Shown: positions 19,731 to 30,721, counted from the first letter of the stretch. The stretch: 64,000 nucleotides of DNA from Nitrosopumilus sp. (GCA_965205215.1 OZ242041.1:320001-384000); one strand, 5' to 3'. Notes: generated by a model from the sequence alone, not told the origin. A program made the numbers and translations.

Positions 19731-22700
19731 TCAGTCCCAGAACCCGCGCGTCACAACATACTGCCTCTCGGCCTCGTAGATCTGCTTTATGAGGTTGTCC
19801 TCGTCGTCGCCTATCATGTTGCGCAGTATGCGCGCGGCCGTGTCGGCGCCCACCCCGTACCCGGACATCACCACGACGGCGGTGGGTCCAAACGACTCTA
19901 TCAGTGACGCGACCTTCCATGCGCGCTCAAACTTTCGCTTCTCCTCGGCCGTAACCCTCTGGCCTGCGGCCCTCTTGCGCACTATGCCGGGCAGGTCCGT
20001 ATCCGAATGGAACGTCACCGCTATCTGCCTGCCCCTGCAGTGCGGGCACGCAAGCGGCCCCACCACGTCGCGCGTCTCGACCAGCCGCTCCCACCTGCCG
20101 CAGCGGACGCATACTATGCGGTGCTTTGTCTTTGCCAGCCTGGCCTTTACCAGCTCGATTATGCCGCGGTCGAGCGCGGCGGGAGACGAGTAGTACCTGG
20201 CAGTGTGGTCCAGGATGGGCGCCGCCAGCCCCGAGAACCCGTCCACCTCGGTCCACGACACCCGTATGCGGCCGCTGCGCACGCCCTCTAGGACGGCCCT
20301 GCACCCGTCCAGGTCGTACTTGTCATGGAACAGCTCCCTGAGCGCCTCCCTTACGACGGGCGTGCCGGCATGGCGCTCGTACAGAAAGCGGGCCGACCTT
20401 GACTCGTAGACGGCGTCGCGGCCCAGCACGCCGAACCTCTTTGCCACGCACCAGACGCGCCAGTTGACGTTGTGCGTGCCCGCAAGCGAGGAGCCGACCA
20501 TTCCGGCCAGATCGTCGTACTCGTCGCGGAGAACCCGCAGGAGCATCGGCTCGTATATGCGGGCCGACGAGGACGACAGGACTATCCGGTACCCATCGGA
20601 GCGCGAGTCTATTCTGGAACCCGTAAGGCCGGAGAGCATGGAGGAGAGCAGTGTGGAGAGCGTCGCGTTTATCCTGCTGCCAAAGCACCCGTGCAGCACT
20701 ATTACTCCGCGCGAGCGCTGCGACTCGACCGGTATGATGTCCAAGGTGGTGGTTTTGCTGTTTTTGCTTCCGTTTTTACCGCCATCATTGTTACCGCCGC
20801 GATCATCGTCACCGTCCCCTGACGCGGCCACCTCGAAGGTCAGCCCCCCCATCACCTTGTTCTGGACCTCCATCCTGCCGCTCCTTATCATGCCGCGGAG
20901 CAGGCCGACCCTGCGGGCCGTCTCATAGTCCACAGGAATGCTCTCGCCCTCCCAGTACGGGACGGTCCTCGTGGCGGGGTCGCCACCGCCGCCGCCTGAC
21001 CGCAGGGGCTCCACGTTCACCGCAAACGACTTTTCATCCACGTTGAGGATGCGCCACTGCGAGCCCCTGAGCACGAAGATGTTGCCCTGTTCGCCGTGAT
21101 CCCCCACGAACCTCTGGTCGAGCGTCCCTATTATGCGGCGGTTCGTGCTGTCAAACACCTTGAACCTCAGCATGTCCGGGATGGTCGACAGGTTCTCGTA
21201 GTGGTAGCGCATGTACCGGCCCGACTTTTCAAACGTCATGCCGTCCCGGTCATATGTGATCAGACGGCTCGCGTCCAGCTGCTCGAGGACCTGCGAGAAT
21301 TCCTCAATCGTAATGTCGCGGTACGGATAGGCCCGCCTTACCACGTCGAGCGCGGCGTCCACCCTGATGCTGTGGGGGCCCGCCTGCATGGAGAGCCCCA
21401 CCATGTGGTGGGCCAGGACGTCGAGCGGTGCCACGTGTATCCGCTGCTGCTCTATCGACCCCGCGCCGACGCGCTCCATTATGGCGCGCGCCTCCAGCTC
21501 GTCGTCCGCGCTGTTCGTGATTATCAGGCCCCGCGCCGACGCGTCGCGCACGTGCCTGCTGCGGCCTATCCGCTGGACGAACTTTGAGACCTGCCGGGGT
21601 GAGCCGTAGTGCACCACCAGCTCGACTGAGCCGATGTCGATTCCCAGTTCAAGCGACGACGTGCACGCTATGATGCGGAGGCCGCTCCCCTCGCGGAGCA
21701 GCTGCTCGGTCTCCTCCCTGACCGACTTGGAGAGGGAGCCGTGGTGCAGTTCGACGGGCGTCTTGCCGATCTCCTTTAGTATGGACGCCAGAAACTCCGC
21801 CTCGCCGCGCGTGTTTGCAAACAGCAGGACGGGCGAGTCCAGCCCGGACTGCGCAATCCTCGCGTGTATGGCGCGGGCCGCGTCCGATATGGTGCCCTCC
21901 ACGTACTCGATGTCAACGTCGTACTTTCTCAGTGACCTGTCTTGGACGATGCGGCAGTGTCGCCGCGTGCCGGAGACGAACTTTGCCGCGTCCGACACGT
22001 TTCCTACCGTGGCGGAGAGCCCGATGCGGGTAAGGGGCCTCTTGGAGTTGAGCTCGAGCCTCTCCAGGCTAAGCGAGAGCTGCGAGCCCCGCTCGCTTGC
22101 AAGCAGCTCGTGCACCTCGTCTATCACGACCCACTCCAGGCTGGCAAGGGCGGCGAGCATCTTCTCCTGGCTCAGCAGCACGACCAGCGTCTCGGGCGTG
22201 GTGATCATGACGTCCGGGGGGTTCTCGGCCATCTTTCTCCGGCGGCTCTGCGGGGTGTCCCCGTGCCTGACGCCGAGCTCAAGCCCGCAGAGCTCCGCGT
22301 ATTTCGAGATGCGCCGGAACACGTCGCGGTTGAGCGCCCGCAGCGGGGTTATGTACAGGGCGCGGATGCCCCCGCGGCCGCCATTGCCGGAATCCCCGGA
22401 TCTGAGGATGGAGAATATTGGTATTATCGAGCACTCCGTCTTGCCGGAGCCGGTGGGCGCTACTGCCAAGCAGTCGCGCTTTTGCAGTATGACGGGCGAG
22501 GCCTTTGACTGGATCTCAGTCAGGCTCTCGAACCCGAACTCTGCAAACGTCTTTTCAAGAATGGCGGCGCGATCTTCTTCTTGCCCTGGACGCCCTTGGT
22601 GCTTTTTGCTTGCTGGTGGTGGTGGCTGTCGTGGTGGGTGTGGTGGTGACGCTGTCGGCGGTTTCTGCCGTGTCTCCGGCGTCCGCTGTCTTCTCTGCCC

Positions 22701-22811
22701 CGGTCTCCGCGGGGGGCGCGGCGGTGGTGTCGGCTGCTGTTGCTGCCGGTGCTGCTTTTCTGCCCCTCCTTCCTGCCGAACCATCAATGGGACTGGAGCG
22801 CGCCCGCTCAT
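19731..22811 (-). CDS. lhr: Lhr-family SF2 DEAD/DEAH helicase (start uncertain)
   Basis: APTGSGKT, TPLRAL, DEVHE, GLSAT, HHGSLS, SSLELGID, QRIGRSRH; C-terminal CxxC/CPHC. Confidence 0.92.
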   Translation of the reverse strand: MSGRAPVPLMVRQEGGAEKQHRQQQQPTPPPRPPRRPGQRRQRTPETRQKPPTASPPHPPRQPPPPASKKHQGRPGQEEDRAAILEKTFAEFGFESLTEIQSKASPVILQKRDCLAVAPTGSGKTECSIIPIFSILRSGDSGNGGRGGIRALYITPLRALNRDVFRRISKYAELCGLELGVRHGDTPQSRRRKMAENPPDVMITTPETLVVLLSQEKMLAALASLEWVVIDEVHELLASERGSQLSLSLERLELNSKRPLTRIGLSATVGNVSDAAKFVSGTRRHCRIVQDRSLRKYDVDIEYVEGTISDAARAIHARIAQSGLDSPVLLFANTRGEAEFLASILKEIGKTPVELHHGSLSKSVREETEQLLREGSGLRIIACTSSLELGIDIGSVELVVHYGSPRQVSKFVQRIGRSRHVRDASARGLIITNSADDELEARAIMERVGAGSIEQQRIHVAPLDVLAHHMVGLSMQAGPHSIRVDAALDVVRRAYPYRDITIEEFSQVLEQLDASRLITYDRDGMTFEKSGRYMRYHYENLSTIPDMLRFKVFDSTNRRIIGTLDQRFVGDHGEQGNIFVLRGSQWRILNVDEKSFAVNVEPLRSGGGGGDPATRTVPYWEGESIPVDYETARRVGLLRGMIRSGRMEVQNKVMGGLTFEVAASGDGDDDRGGNNDGGKNGSKNSKTTTLDIIPVESQRSRGVIVLHGCFGSRINATLSTLLSSMLSGLTGSRIDSRSDGYRIVLSSSSARIYEPMLLRVLRDEYDDLAGMVGSSLAGTHNVNWRVWCVAKRFGVLGRDAVYESRSARFLYERHAGTPVVREALRELFHDKYDLDGCRAVLEGVRSGRIRVSWTEVDGFSGLAAPILDHTARYYSSPAALDRGIIELVKARLAKTKHRIVCVRCGRWERLVETRDVVGPLACPHCRGRQIAVTFHSDTDLPGIVRKRAAGQRVTAEEKRKFERAWKVASLIESFGPTAVVVMSGYGVGADTAARILRNMIGDDEDNLIKQIYEAERQYVVTRGFWD

Positions 22812-22887
22812 ATAGGATTGCCCCCACTATCCCGGCGGCAAACAGTATGGTGCAGATAATCGGGATGTAATCAAATATGTCCGTCAT
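22555..22887 (-). CDS. 110-aa single-TM protein with Ala/Thr-rich linker and basic tail
   Basis: MTDIFDYIPIICTILFAAGIVGAILY; TTTTTAA about 25 bp upstream; overlaps lhr 5' end in another frame. Confidence 0.65.
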   Translation of the reverse strand: MTDIFDYIPIICTILFAAGIVGAILYERARSSPIDGSAGRRGRKAAPAATAADTTAAPPAETGAEKTADAGDTAETADSVTTTPTTTATTTSKQKAPRASRARRRSRRHS

Positions 22888-23116
22888 GCCGTGCAGGCCA
22901 TGCCTACCGTTAAAAATCTTAAGCTTGACAACGGGGTACGCGACGGGTAGCACTGGCCTCGCCTGCTACACGGCCCATCGCACACGCGTTGCGCAGCGCA
23001 GGCAAAAAAACGTTAAAAATCGAGGACGGAACAGGGGCCAAACATAATGGGAGAGTACAAGTCCTGATGGCTACGGCTATGGTGACGATGACGACTGCTG
23101 AAAGGAGCCTCCCATA

Positions 23117-25939
23117 ATGGAGAACAGAATACAACCCTCAGAGGAGCAGCAACGGATAATCAAGTCCAAGGGCAACGTCATCGTGGTGTCCAACCCCGGA
23201 ACCGGAAAGACCACCACGCTGGCGCTCAAGGTAGTGCATCTGCTGGAGGAGGGAGTCGACCCAGACGACATCGTGTGCATTACGTTCACCAAAAAGGCAA
23301 AGAAAGAGATGTACGACGCGATCAACAGGCAGGGCAGTGACAAGTTTCCTGCCCAAGTGAAAAAAGTTCACATACACACGTTCCACAGCTTCGCCTACGA
23401 GCGCCTCGTTGACTCGGGCCAGATCGACGAGATGGCAGTAGACGAGAACCGCATAAGATACTCGGTATACAAGAGCTTCAAGGACAACGAGGCGTTCAAT
23501 TATAGCAAAAAGTACGTAATAGACGAGATCGTGCCGGCCGCCACGAATGCCATCCAGTACATCAAGAGCTTCGGGGTGACGCCTGACAGGATAAGCATCC
23601 CGGAGGTGTCGGTTCTGCTGGAGCAGGTTCACAAGGACCACATCGAAAAAAGCTCATACACGATGGAGGAGATGCAGGCGTTCCTGAAGTACTTCACTGC
23701 CGCATACAGGGACTACGAGGAGTCAAAGCGGGACGCGATAGACTATGCCGACATGCTGATCAAGTTCCTTGAAAGGTTCGACGGGCCCCTGTTCAAGCAC
23801 GCGCTGATCGACGAGATGCAGGACATGAACAAGATGGAGGCCGATATTGCAAGTCGGGTGGCGGAGAACATATTCCTCGTGGGCGACGAAAAGCAGGCCA
23901 TATTCGGGTTTCAGGGGGGCTCGACAAAATACCTAAAGGACTTTCAGGAGACGTACACAAAGCTGCCGCTCTCGACCAACAGGCGCAGCACTAACCAGAT
24001 CCTGGACTATGCAAAGCGGTACTACCTTGACAAGGCGGGCCCCGACGAGGAGTCCAAGAAGTACTTGGAGGCGTTCAGATCCGACAAGTCGGGGGAGATG
24101 CCACTGGTAATCTCAACCGGGGCTCCTCATTTGAACATGCTGAGGCTGATAAGGGAGAACCCCGGAAAAAAGATAGGGATACTGACGAGGAGTAACTACC
24201 AGATCGTACGGATCTCCGAATTTCTGGATGCGGAGAAGGTGCCGCACAGGACCACCGCGTCAAAGATCACCGCCGACAGGGCAAAGGAGCACATCGTCGA
24301 CTTTCTTGAGGGGATGCTGTACGACGACATGAAACACAAGATTCAGGCGGCTCTCACCGTCCTGTCCCCGTATCCGCTCGACGAGGCCCTCGAGCTGGCC
24401 GAAACCCTAGATGCGGGCGGGGGGGAGAGGGAGGGTGGCCCCGGCCTTGAAAAGCTGAAGAAGTGGGGGTGCGGGATGACGGCCGACGAGCTGGACGAAC
24501 TCTTTGACAATACCATACTTCCCATATGCGTGGCGCACGGCCCCGAGTGGTTCTTCACTGCGGGTTCGATAAAACAGAACATCGACCAGTACCTAACGTT
24601 TGACTTCCCCACACGCGAGGGATTATTCGAATACCTTACCGTAGGCGCGGAGCCGGGAGCCGGCGCAGTGGGTAAGAAGGGGGACGGCGACGGGGGCGGC
24701 GAGACTGACGGGGGCGGGAGAACGGTGGGAGAGGACATAACGGTCAGCACAGTCCACAAGGCAAAGGGCCAAGAGTATGACGTGGTGATATACCTGCCAA
24801 GAGAGATCAGGGGCAGCAAGACAAAGTTCATCGACGTAGTAAAGACGGCCATACTACAGTCCGTGGGAATCGACGTCAGCGGCGAGATAGAGGGGGAGCA
24901 GGCCAGGCTCCATTTTGTCGCGTTCACAAGGGCAAGGGAGAGACTTGCGGTCATAACGAGCGGCGGGGAGGACTTTGGCATAAAGGGCCTGTGCAATCTG
25001 GTGGAGGATGAATCGACAGAGGAGGAAGAGGCAGGCCCGACGGTGGCAGAAAAAGAGCAGGCAAGATACAGGGAGGCGTACTCTATGTTCGTGGCAGGCA
25101 GGCTGGAGGAGTCGATGAGCCTGCTTGGCCGGGACAGCCGGGACGGCTGGATAGAGAAACGGATTGCGGACTATTTTGAGGGCCTAGGGCGCCTCTCATA
25201 CTCTGGAATCTCGGCCAAGCCGTCGGAGTTTCTGAAAAACATATTCAGGACACCGCGCGCCGAGAACGAAAACACGAGATTCGGCAGGGACTTCCACAGG
25301 GCCATGTACAACGTACTCAGCGGCAAGCAGGATGCGGAGGGCGCGGCCAAGGATTACGGCGCGGACGGAGGAGATGCGGACGGAAGGATGAAGAAGTCCA
25401 TACAGAACGCGCTGGACGCAATAGAGAGGCTTGGATCCGAATACCGGAACCTCGAGGTGCATGCGCTTGAGAAAAAGATGGAGGTGCCCGTCAGCGACAT
25501 GACCAGTCATGGCGGGGACGGAATGGTGTTCAGTGGCCAGATCGACGCCATGCTCAGGCACGATTCCGGATACCTCGTCGTAGACTACAAGACGGACAGG
25601 ACGGCAACGCGTGCCAGCGACCACCGCAAGCAGCTGGCCGCATACAAGAGGATACTGTCTAGCGCGGAGGGCATACCGGAAGACGAGATTGACACACACA
25701 TCATATTTGCCTCCATGACTGGCAGCATCAACACGGGCAAGAACGACTACGAGGTATCCAAGACAAAGCGGGACGCCTACCCCAGGTTTGAAAAGGACCT
25801 GCAGAAGGTGCTCGAGTGGAAGCATGGCAGCGGCAGGTTCGTAGACGATCTGCTAGAGGAAGACGCGGACATGGACAGCCCCTACGATGCAATCATGGAG
25901 AGTCTGAGGAGGTCAAGAGCAGGCCGGACGAAATCATGA
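23117..25939 (+). CDS. UvrD/REP SF1 helicase fused to a C-terminal PD-(D/E)XK (RecB-like) nuclease
   Basis: SNPGTGKT, TFH, DEMQD, GDEKQAIFGF, NRRS, TVHKAKG, VAFTRAR; nuclease GRDFH...GQID...VDYKT...QLAAY. Confidence 0.92.
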   Translation: MENRIQPSEEQQRIIKSKGNVIVVSNPGTGKTTTLALKVVHLLEEGVDPDDIVCITFTKKAKKEMYDAINRQGSDKFPAQVKKVHIHTFHSFAYERLVDSGQIDEMAVDENRIRYSVYKSFKDNEAFNYSKKYVIDEIVPAATNAIQYIKSFGVTPDRISIPEVSVLLEQVHKDHIEKSSYTMEEMQAFLKYFTAAYRDYEESKRDAIDYADMLIKFLERFDGPLFKHALIDEMQDMNKMEADIASRVAENIFLVGDEKQAIFGFQGGSTKYLKDFQETYTKLPLSTNRRSTNQILDYAKRYYLDKAGPDEESKKYLEAFRSDKSGEMPLVISTGAPHLNMLRLIRENPGKKIGILTRSNYQIVRISEFLDAEKVPHRTTASKITADRAKEHIVDFLEGMLYDDMKHKIQAALTVLSPYPLDEALELAETLDAGGGEREGGPGLEKLKKWGCGMTADELDELFDNTILPICVAHGPEWFFTAGSIKQNIDQYLTFDFPTREGLFEYLTVGAEPGAGAVGKKGDGDGGGETDGGGRTVGEDITVSTVHKAKGQEYDVVIYLPREIRGSKTKFIDVVKTAILQSVGIDVSGEIEGEQARLHFVAFTRARERLAVITSGGEDFGIKGLCNLVEDESTEEEEAGPTVAEKEQARYREAYSMFVAGRLEESMSLLGRDSRDGWIEKRIADYFEGLGRLSYSGISAKPSEFLKNIFRTPRAENENTRFGRDFHRAMYNVLSGKQDAEGAAKDYGADGGDADGRMKKSIQNALDAIERLGSEYRNLEVHALEKKMEVPVSDMTSHGGDGMVFSGQIDAMLRHDSGYLVVDYKTDRTATRASDHRKQLAAYKRILSSAEGIPEDEIDTHIIFASMTGSINTGKNDYEVSKTKRDAYPRFEKDLQKVLEWKHGSGRFVDDLLEEDADMDSPYDAIMESLRRSRAGRTKS

Positions 25940-26000
25940 CCGACTGATGCGTGGCAGGCGGCGCCAAACTGCCGTCGTTTCTTCCACGATTGTCTCGTAA

Positions 26001-27032
26001 CTAGGGCAGATTGATGTCGCTGTGACTTGAATCAGAATCGTAACCGGACGTCGTAATACCGCCGGATTCTATCCTATATGAGAATTTTACGCCGTGGTCT
26101 CTGTCACCATCGCTTCCTTTGTGGTCGTGCGCCAGCCCATAATTGTCGGCATGGGCGCGGCCGTCGTTGCTGTCGTTGTAATTATCATCACGATTGTTGT
26201 GACGGGCGTCGCGGCTACCGCCCCCGTTACGGCACGGGGAGTCCAGCATGACGCATGATGCGTGTCCGTGAAGTACCTTGTCGGCTGCGCCTGCAGTGGC
26301 GGCAACGGCAGAATCCAACTCCTCCCTGGCCAGGCGTATCCGGACGTGCGCAAACATATCGACCTCGGCGGCCATGTTCTCCACCTCTGCATCGCCCGAT
26401 ATCCTCACGACGTTTGACGTCATTACGGTCACGCCATGATGCACGGCGAGCCGCGCAAGGCTCCGCATGTACCCAAAGAACAGCCTGTTGCGCTCGCGCA
26501 GGTTCCCGTACCTGCTGTATTCGTAGGAGAACAGATCAGTAAGGCTGTCAACTACGACGAGGTCAAACTCCGCGGCGGGCCCGTGCCGCGTCTGCTGCTG
26601 TAACAGCAGCCTTGCAACCACGCCCTCCTGCTCGGCCACGTTATGAACCCTGGCAACAGATATCATGCCGAGTATGGCCTCGCGACTGGCCGAGGCGCCC
26701 GCCATCTGGAGCACGCGCTCGGGCCGGAACGTGCCTGCCGTGTCCACGAACAGAACTCTCTTGCCGCACGCGGCAAACCTGGCCGCCGCCTGCATCATAA
26801 TCTGTGTCTTGCCCGTGCCGTGGCCGCCAAACACATCCACTATGATGCCCGGCGGGATGCCGCCGCCCAGCATGTCGTCGACTGCGGCGATGCCGATCGG
26901 GACGCGCCGCGCACTGCCTAGGGTGGCAGCGGCCGAGGCGCCGAGGCCGTAGTCGGGACCGGCCCCCCGCGGTGAACCTGCCTGCGCCGGAGCCGGCTCG
27001 GAACCCGCAAGCGAATCGGGCCGGCGCTCCAT
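26001..27032 (-). CDS. RadA/Rad51 paralog (RadB/aRadC-like)
   Basis: DDMLGGGIP, GGHGTGKTQ, DTAGTFRPER, VVVDS; no N-terminal HhH domain. Confidence 0.85.
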   Translation of the reverse strand: MERRPDSLAGSEPAPAQAGSPRGAGPDYGLGASAAATLGSARRVPIGIAAVDDMLGGGIPPGIIVDVFGGHGTGKTQIMMQAAARFAACGKRVLFVDTAGTFRPERVLQMAGASASREAILGMISVARVHNVAEQEGVVARLLLQQQTRHGPAAEFDLVVVDSLTDLFSYEYSRYGNLRERNRLFFGYMRSLARLAVHHGVTVMTSNVVRISGDAEVENMAAEVDMFAHVRIRLAREELDSAVAATAGAADKVLHGHASCVMLDSPCRNGGGSRDARHNNRDDNYNDSNDGRAHADNYGLAHDHKGSDGDRDHGVKFSYRIESGGITTSGYDSDSSHSDINLP

Positions 27033-27099
27033 GCGCAGACAGGCGCGGCGCAGCACATAAGGCTTTTATTCAAGACATCGATGCTCAGATCGATAGATA

Positions 27100-27345
27100 T
27101 TGTCCCAGACAAGCGCAGCAAAACGCCCCCTTACGGCCCTGCAGAAAAGCACCAAGAGGCGGGTCACGGTCCGGCTCAAGAACGAGGTCGAATACAAAGG
27201 AAAGATGAGCAACATCGACGCATACATGAACCTCATAATGACCGACGCAGAAGAGCGCCACGGCGGAAAGACGATAGCAAACTACGGCAGGGTCATCGTG
27301 AGAGGAAACAACGTTCTGTTCATAAAGATGGAAAACGAACTCTGA
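27100..27345 (+). CDS. Sm-like (LSm/SmAP) RNA-binding protein
   Basis: Sm1 DAYMNLIM, Sm2 IVRGNNV. Confidence 0.95.
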   Translation: MSQTSAAKRPLTALQKSTKRRVTVRLKNEVEYKGKMSNIDAYMNLIMTDAEERHGGKTIANYGRVIVRGNNVLFIKMENEL

Positions 27346-27394
27346 TTGTCATGATGACGATGATGATGATAGCGGCAGCAAGACGGGGCGCGGC

Positions 27395-28573
27395 GTGATG
27401 TCCGACAACGAGAACTTTCTGTTTACATCCGAATCGGTAACCGAGGGGCATCCCGACAAGATATGCGACAACGTCTCCGACGCGTTTCTGGACGAGTACC
27501 TGAGGCAGGACCCCGACTCCCGGGTCGCGATAGAGACGCTCGTAACCACGGACTTTGTCATGGTGTCCGGGGAGGTCACGTCAAAGGCGGCCCTTGACGG
27601 GCCCGCGCAAGAGAGGCTGGCAAGGACGGTAATCAGGGAGATAGGATACGACGACCCGGCCCTAAAGTTCGACGCCGACACGTGCGAGGTGAGACTGATG
27701 CTCCACGCCCAAAGCCCCGATATCAGCCGCGGGGTGGACGAGAAGGAAGGGGGGGAGCAGGGCGCAGGCGACCAAGGAATAATGTTCGGATACGCCACAA
27801 ACGAGACGCCCGAGATGATGCCCATGCCCATCCTGCTCGCGCACAAGCTGACCAGTATGCTGTCCCAGGTCAGGAGGGGCGGCACGCTGCCGTGGGTCAG
27901 GCCCGACGGCAAGTCCCAGGTGTCCGTGAAATACGAGGGCGGCAAGCCCGCGGGGATAACGGCGGTGGTCATATCCACGCAGCACTCGCCTGACGTGAGC
28001 CAGCAGGACATCAGGGAGGGGATCATATCCAGCGTGATCAAGCCCGTCCTGGGAGGCCTGTGGAACGACGGCATCAGGGTGCACATCAACCCGACCGGCA
28101 GGTTTGAGATCGGCGGGCCGCACGGCGACACGGGCCTGACCGGGCGCAAGATTATAGTGGACACGTACGGTGGCTTTGGCAGGCACGGCGGCGGGGCGTT
28201 CTCCGGCAAGGACCCCTCAAAGGTCGACAGGTCGGCCTGCTACATGTGCAGATACATCGCAAAGAACGTCATAGCCGCCGGCATCGCGGACAGGTGCGAG
28301 GTGCAGCTGGCGTACGCGATAGGCGTGGCCGAGCCCGTGTCACTCTACGTCAACACGTTCGGAACCGGGAAGGTATCCGACGAGCGCATAACTGACATAA
28401 TAAGGGAGAACTTTGAGATGCGCCCGGCCGCCATAATATCGCAGCTGAACCTGAAGAGGCCCATATACAGGAAGACGGCCGCGTACGGCCACTTCGGCAG
28501 GGAGGACGAGCGCAAGTTCACGTGGGAGAAGACGGACAGGGCAGAGTCGCTAAGGAAGGCGGCCGGCCTCTAG
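27395..28573 (+). CDS. metK: S-adenosylmethionine synthetase
   Basis: [28 protein letters not shown]. Confidence 0.98.
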   Translation: MMSDNENFLFTSESVTEGHPDKICDNVSDAFLDEYLRQDPDSRVAIETLVTTDFVMVSGEVTSKAALDGPAQERLARTVIREIGYDDPALKFDADTCEVRLMLHAQSPDISRGVDEKEGGEQGAGDQGIMFGYATNETPEMMPMPILLAHKLTSMLSQVRRGGTLPWVRPDGKSQVSVKYEGGKPAGITAVVISTQHSPDVSQQDIREGIISSVIKPVLGGLWNDGIRVHINPTGRFEIGGPHGDTGLTGRKIIVDTYGGFGRHGGGAFSGKDPSKVDRSACYMCRYIAKNVIAAGIADRCEVQLAYAIGVAEPVSLYVNTFGTGKVSDERITDIIRENFEMRPAAIISQLNLKRPIYRKTAAYGHFGREDERKFTWEKTDRAESLRKAAGL

Positions 28574-29452
28574 TATCGACACCACCGAACGCGGCGAGAT
28601 TCCGGTTGCGCGCACAAGCTTTCTGGGGTTTGTCGTGTACCCGCCGGTTATGATCCCAAGGTCGTCTACCCCGAACGCTGCGTTCTCCGGATCCTCGAGG
28701 GCCTGCGCGTAGGCCCGCTCCATCGTGATCGGATTCAGTGGGACTCGGCACGCGCGCGATACCATGCGCATGTAGTCGTAGAACGGGACGCGGTCGGGGC
28801 CCACCAGGTCAAGGGTCATGCGGGCGGGCGGCGCCTCTAGGGCGCCCCACAGGATTGCGGCCGCGGTGTCGTCGACGTGTATGGGCTGCATTCTGGCATA
28901 GCACTCGTAGACGTCGGCGGGCGCGGGCCTGATGCCGGTTCCCTTGGCGTGGGACATCACGTATGACGCAAGGTGGTCCCCGCGCCCCACGACATACGAG
29001 GGGCGGAATATCACATAGTCCAGGCCGGACCTGCCCACCGACGCCTCCGCGGCGTACTTGGATGCCAGGTACGCGATCGGCGAGCGCGCAGAGGCCCCCA
29101 GCCCGCTCACGTATACGATCCGCGGTATGCCGGCGTGCCTGCACAGGGACGCGGCAACGGACGCGGGGGTCGTTACGGAGTCTGAAAACGGCTCCGTGGC
29201 GGACTGGCGGCCCGAGCCCACCAGGTTTACCAGCGCGTCGGAGCCCCGTATGGCATCCACTGTGGCCCCCAGGCCCTCGTTGTCGCCCAGGCGCGGACCG
29301 CAGCCGACTGCGGCGTCGCCAGAATAGAATGCGCTCAGGTCGTCCCGGGACAGCGCGGCGATCTCCACGTCGTACAGCTCCGACGCGACGCGCCGCAGGT
29401 TCCGCCCGATGTAGCCGCCGGCGCCCATGATTGCGATCTTCCTTGCCGCCAT
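28550..29452 (-). CDS. NAD(P)-dependent epimerase/dehydratase (atypical SDR)
   Basis: [27 protein letters not shown]. Confidence 0.85.
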   Translation of the reverse strand: MAARKIAIMGAGGYIGRNLRRVASELYDVEIAALSRDDLSAFYSGDAAVGCGPRLGDNEGLGATVDAIRGSDALVNLVGSGRQSATEPFSDSVTTPASVAASLCRHAGIPRIVYVSGLGASARSPIAYLASKYAAEASVGRSGLDYVIFRPSYVVGRGDHLASYVMSHAKGTGIRPAPADVYECYARMQPIHVDDTAAAILWGALEAPPARMTLDLVGPDRVPFYDYMRMVSRACRVPLNPITMERAYAQALEDPENAAFGVDDLGIITGGYTTNPRKLVRATGISPRSVVSILEAGRLP

Positions 29453-29560
29453 GTGACGCGCGTGGCGCGCGTGCGAATTTTAAGAGTGCGGCGTGCCGCC
29501 AACGGCCGCCCCACACACATACGGTAAACAGAAAATAATACGTTCACGTAATGCTCACGT

Positions 29561-30721
29561 ATGAGCCAAGGGGGGGACGCCCAGAAGCAGAGGACCGGGT
29601 ACACCACAGGAAGCTGCGCCACGGCCGGTGCGAGGGCCGCCCTGAGGGCGGTAGTCACGGGGGACTGCTCGGCAGGCAGCATGGAGATCACCATACCTAG
29701 GGGCGACACGATCATCATCCCGATCAAGGAGTGCACGAGAGCCGGGGACGACCGCGCCAGATGTGTAATAACGAAGGACGGCGGGGACGACCCCGACGTG
29801 ACACACGGCGCGGACATCGTAGTGGACCTGCACGTGACCGGCAGGCCGGGCGAGATAGAGATCGACGGCGGCGAGGGCGTCGGTGTGGTGACAAAGCCCG
29901 GGCTGGGGCTGGAGATAGACAAGCCGGCGATAAACCCCGTTCCAAAGAGGATGATAGTCCAGAACCTCCGGGAGGAGGCCGCATCCCCGTTCTGGGATAG
30001 CCGCGGCATCAGGGCGGTCATATCGGTCCCCAAGGGCAGGGAACTTGCACCAAGGACCGACAATCCCAGGCTGGGCATAATAGGCGGCATATCCATACTG
30101 GGCACGAGCGGGATCGTAATACCGTTCTCGACGGCGTCGTACGCGGCCGCCATCAGGCAGAACTTGGACGTGGCGGCCGCCATGGGCGAGGACACCATCG
30201 TGCTGACGACCGGCGGAAGGAGCGAGGAGTTTGCAAGGAGCGTGATTGCGCGCGAAAATGACAGTGACGGTGCGGGCGCCAAACAAGAAGATCCTGTCCT
30301 GCCCGACCACTGCTTTGTGCAGATGGGGGACTTTGCGGGGTATTCCGTCCGCGAGTCCGCAAAGCGCTCCGCACACTTTCAAAAGGTGTACGTGGTGGGG
30401 TTCGTAGGCAAGCTCGCAAAGATGGCAACCGGAGTAAAACAGACGCACGTAAAGGGCTCCAAGGTGGACATGAAGTTCCTCGCGGGTCTGGCGGCGGGCG
30501 CGGGCGCGCCCGACGACGTCGTGCGCGCCATCACCAAGGCGAACACCGCAAGGCACGTCTCTGAAATCATATCGGGCGCGGAGTGCGCGCCCAAGTTCTT
30601 TGAGATGTTGTGCGCGGAGGTCCACAAGCACATGAAGAACCACGCGAAGAATGACGACATCTCAATCGGGGTCGTACTGTTTGGGTTCGACGGCAGTATC
30701 CTTGCAAGGGCCGGAGCGTAA
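29561..30721 (+). CDS. cbiD: Cobalt-precorrin-5B C1-methyltransferase
   Basis: GYTTGSCA, KDGGDDPDVTHG, NPRLGIIGGISILGT. Confidence 0.96.
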   Translation: MSQGGDAQKQRTGYTTGSCATAGARAALRAVVTGDCSAGSMEITIPRGDTIIIPIKECTRAGDDRARCVITKDGGDDPDVTHGADIVVDLHVTGRPGEIEIDGGEGVGVVTKPGLGLEIDKPAINPVPKRMIVQNLREEAASPFWDSRGIRAVISVPKGRELAPRTDNPRLGIIGGISILGTSGIVIPFSTASYAAAIRQNLDVAAAMGEDTIVLTTGGRSEEFARSVIARENDSDGAGAKQEDPVLPDHCFVQMGDFAGYSVRESAKRSAHFQKVYVVGFVGKLAKMATGVKQTHVKGSKVDMKFLAGLAAGAGAPDDVVRAITKANTARHVSEIISGAECAPKFFEMLCAEVHKHMKNHAKNDDISIGVVLFGFDGSILARAGA

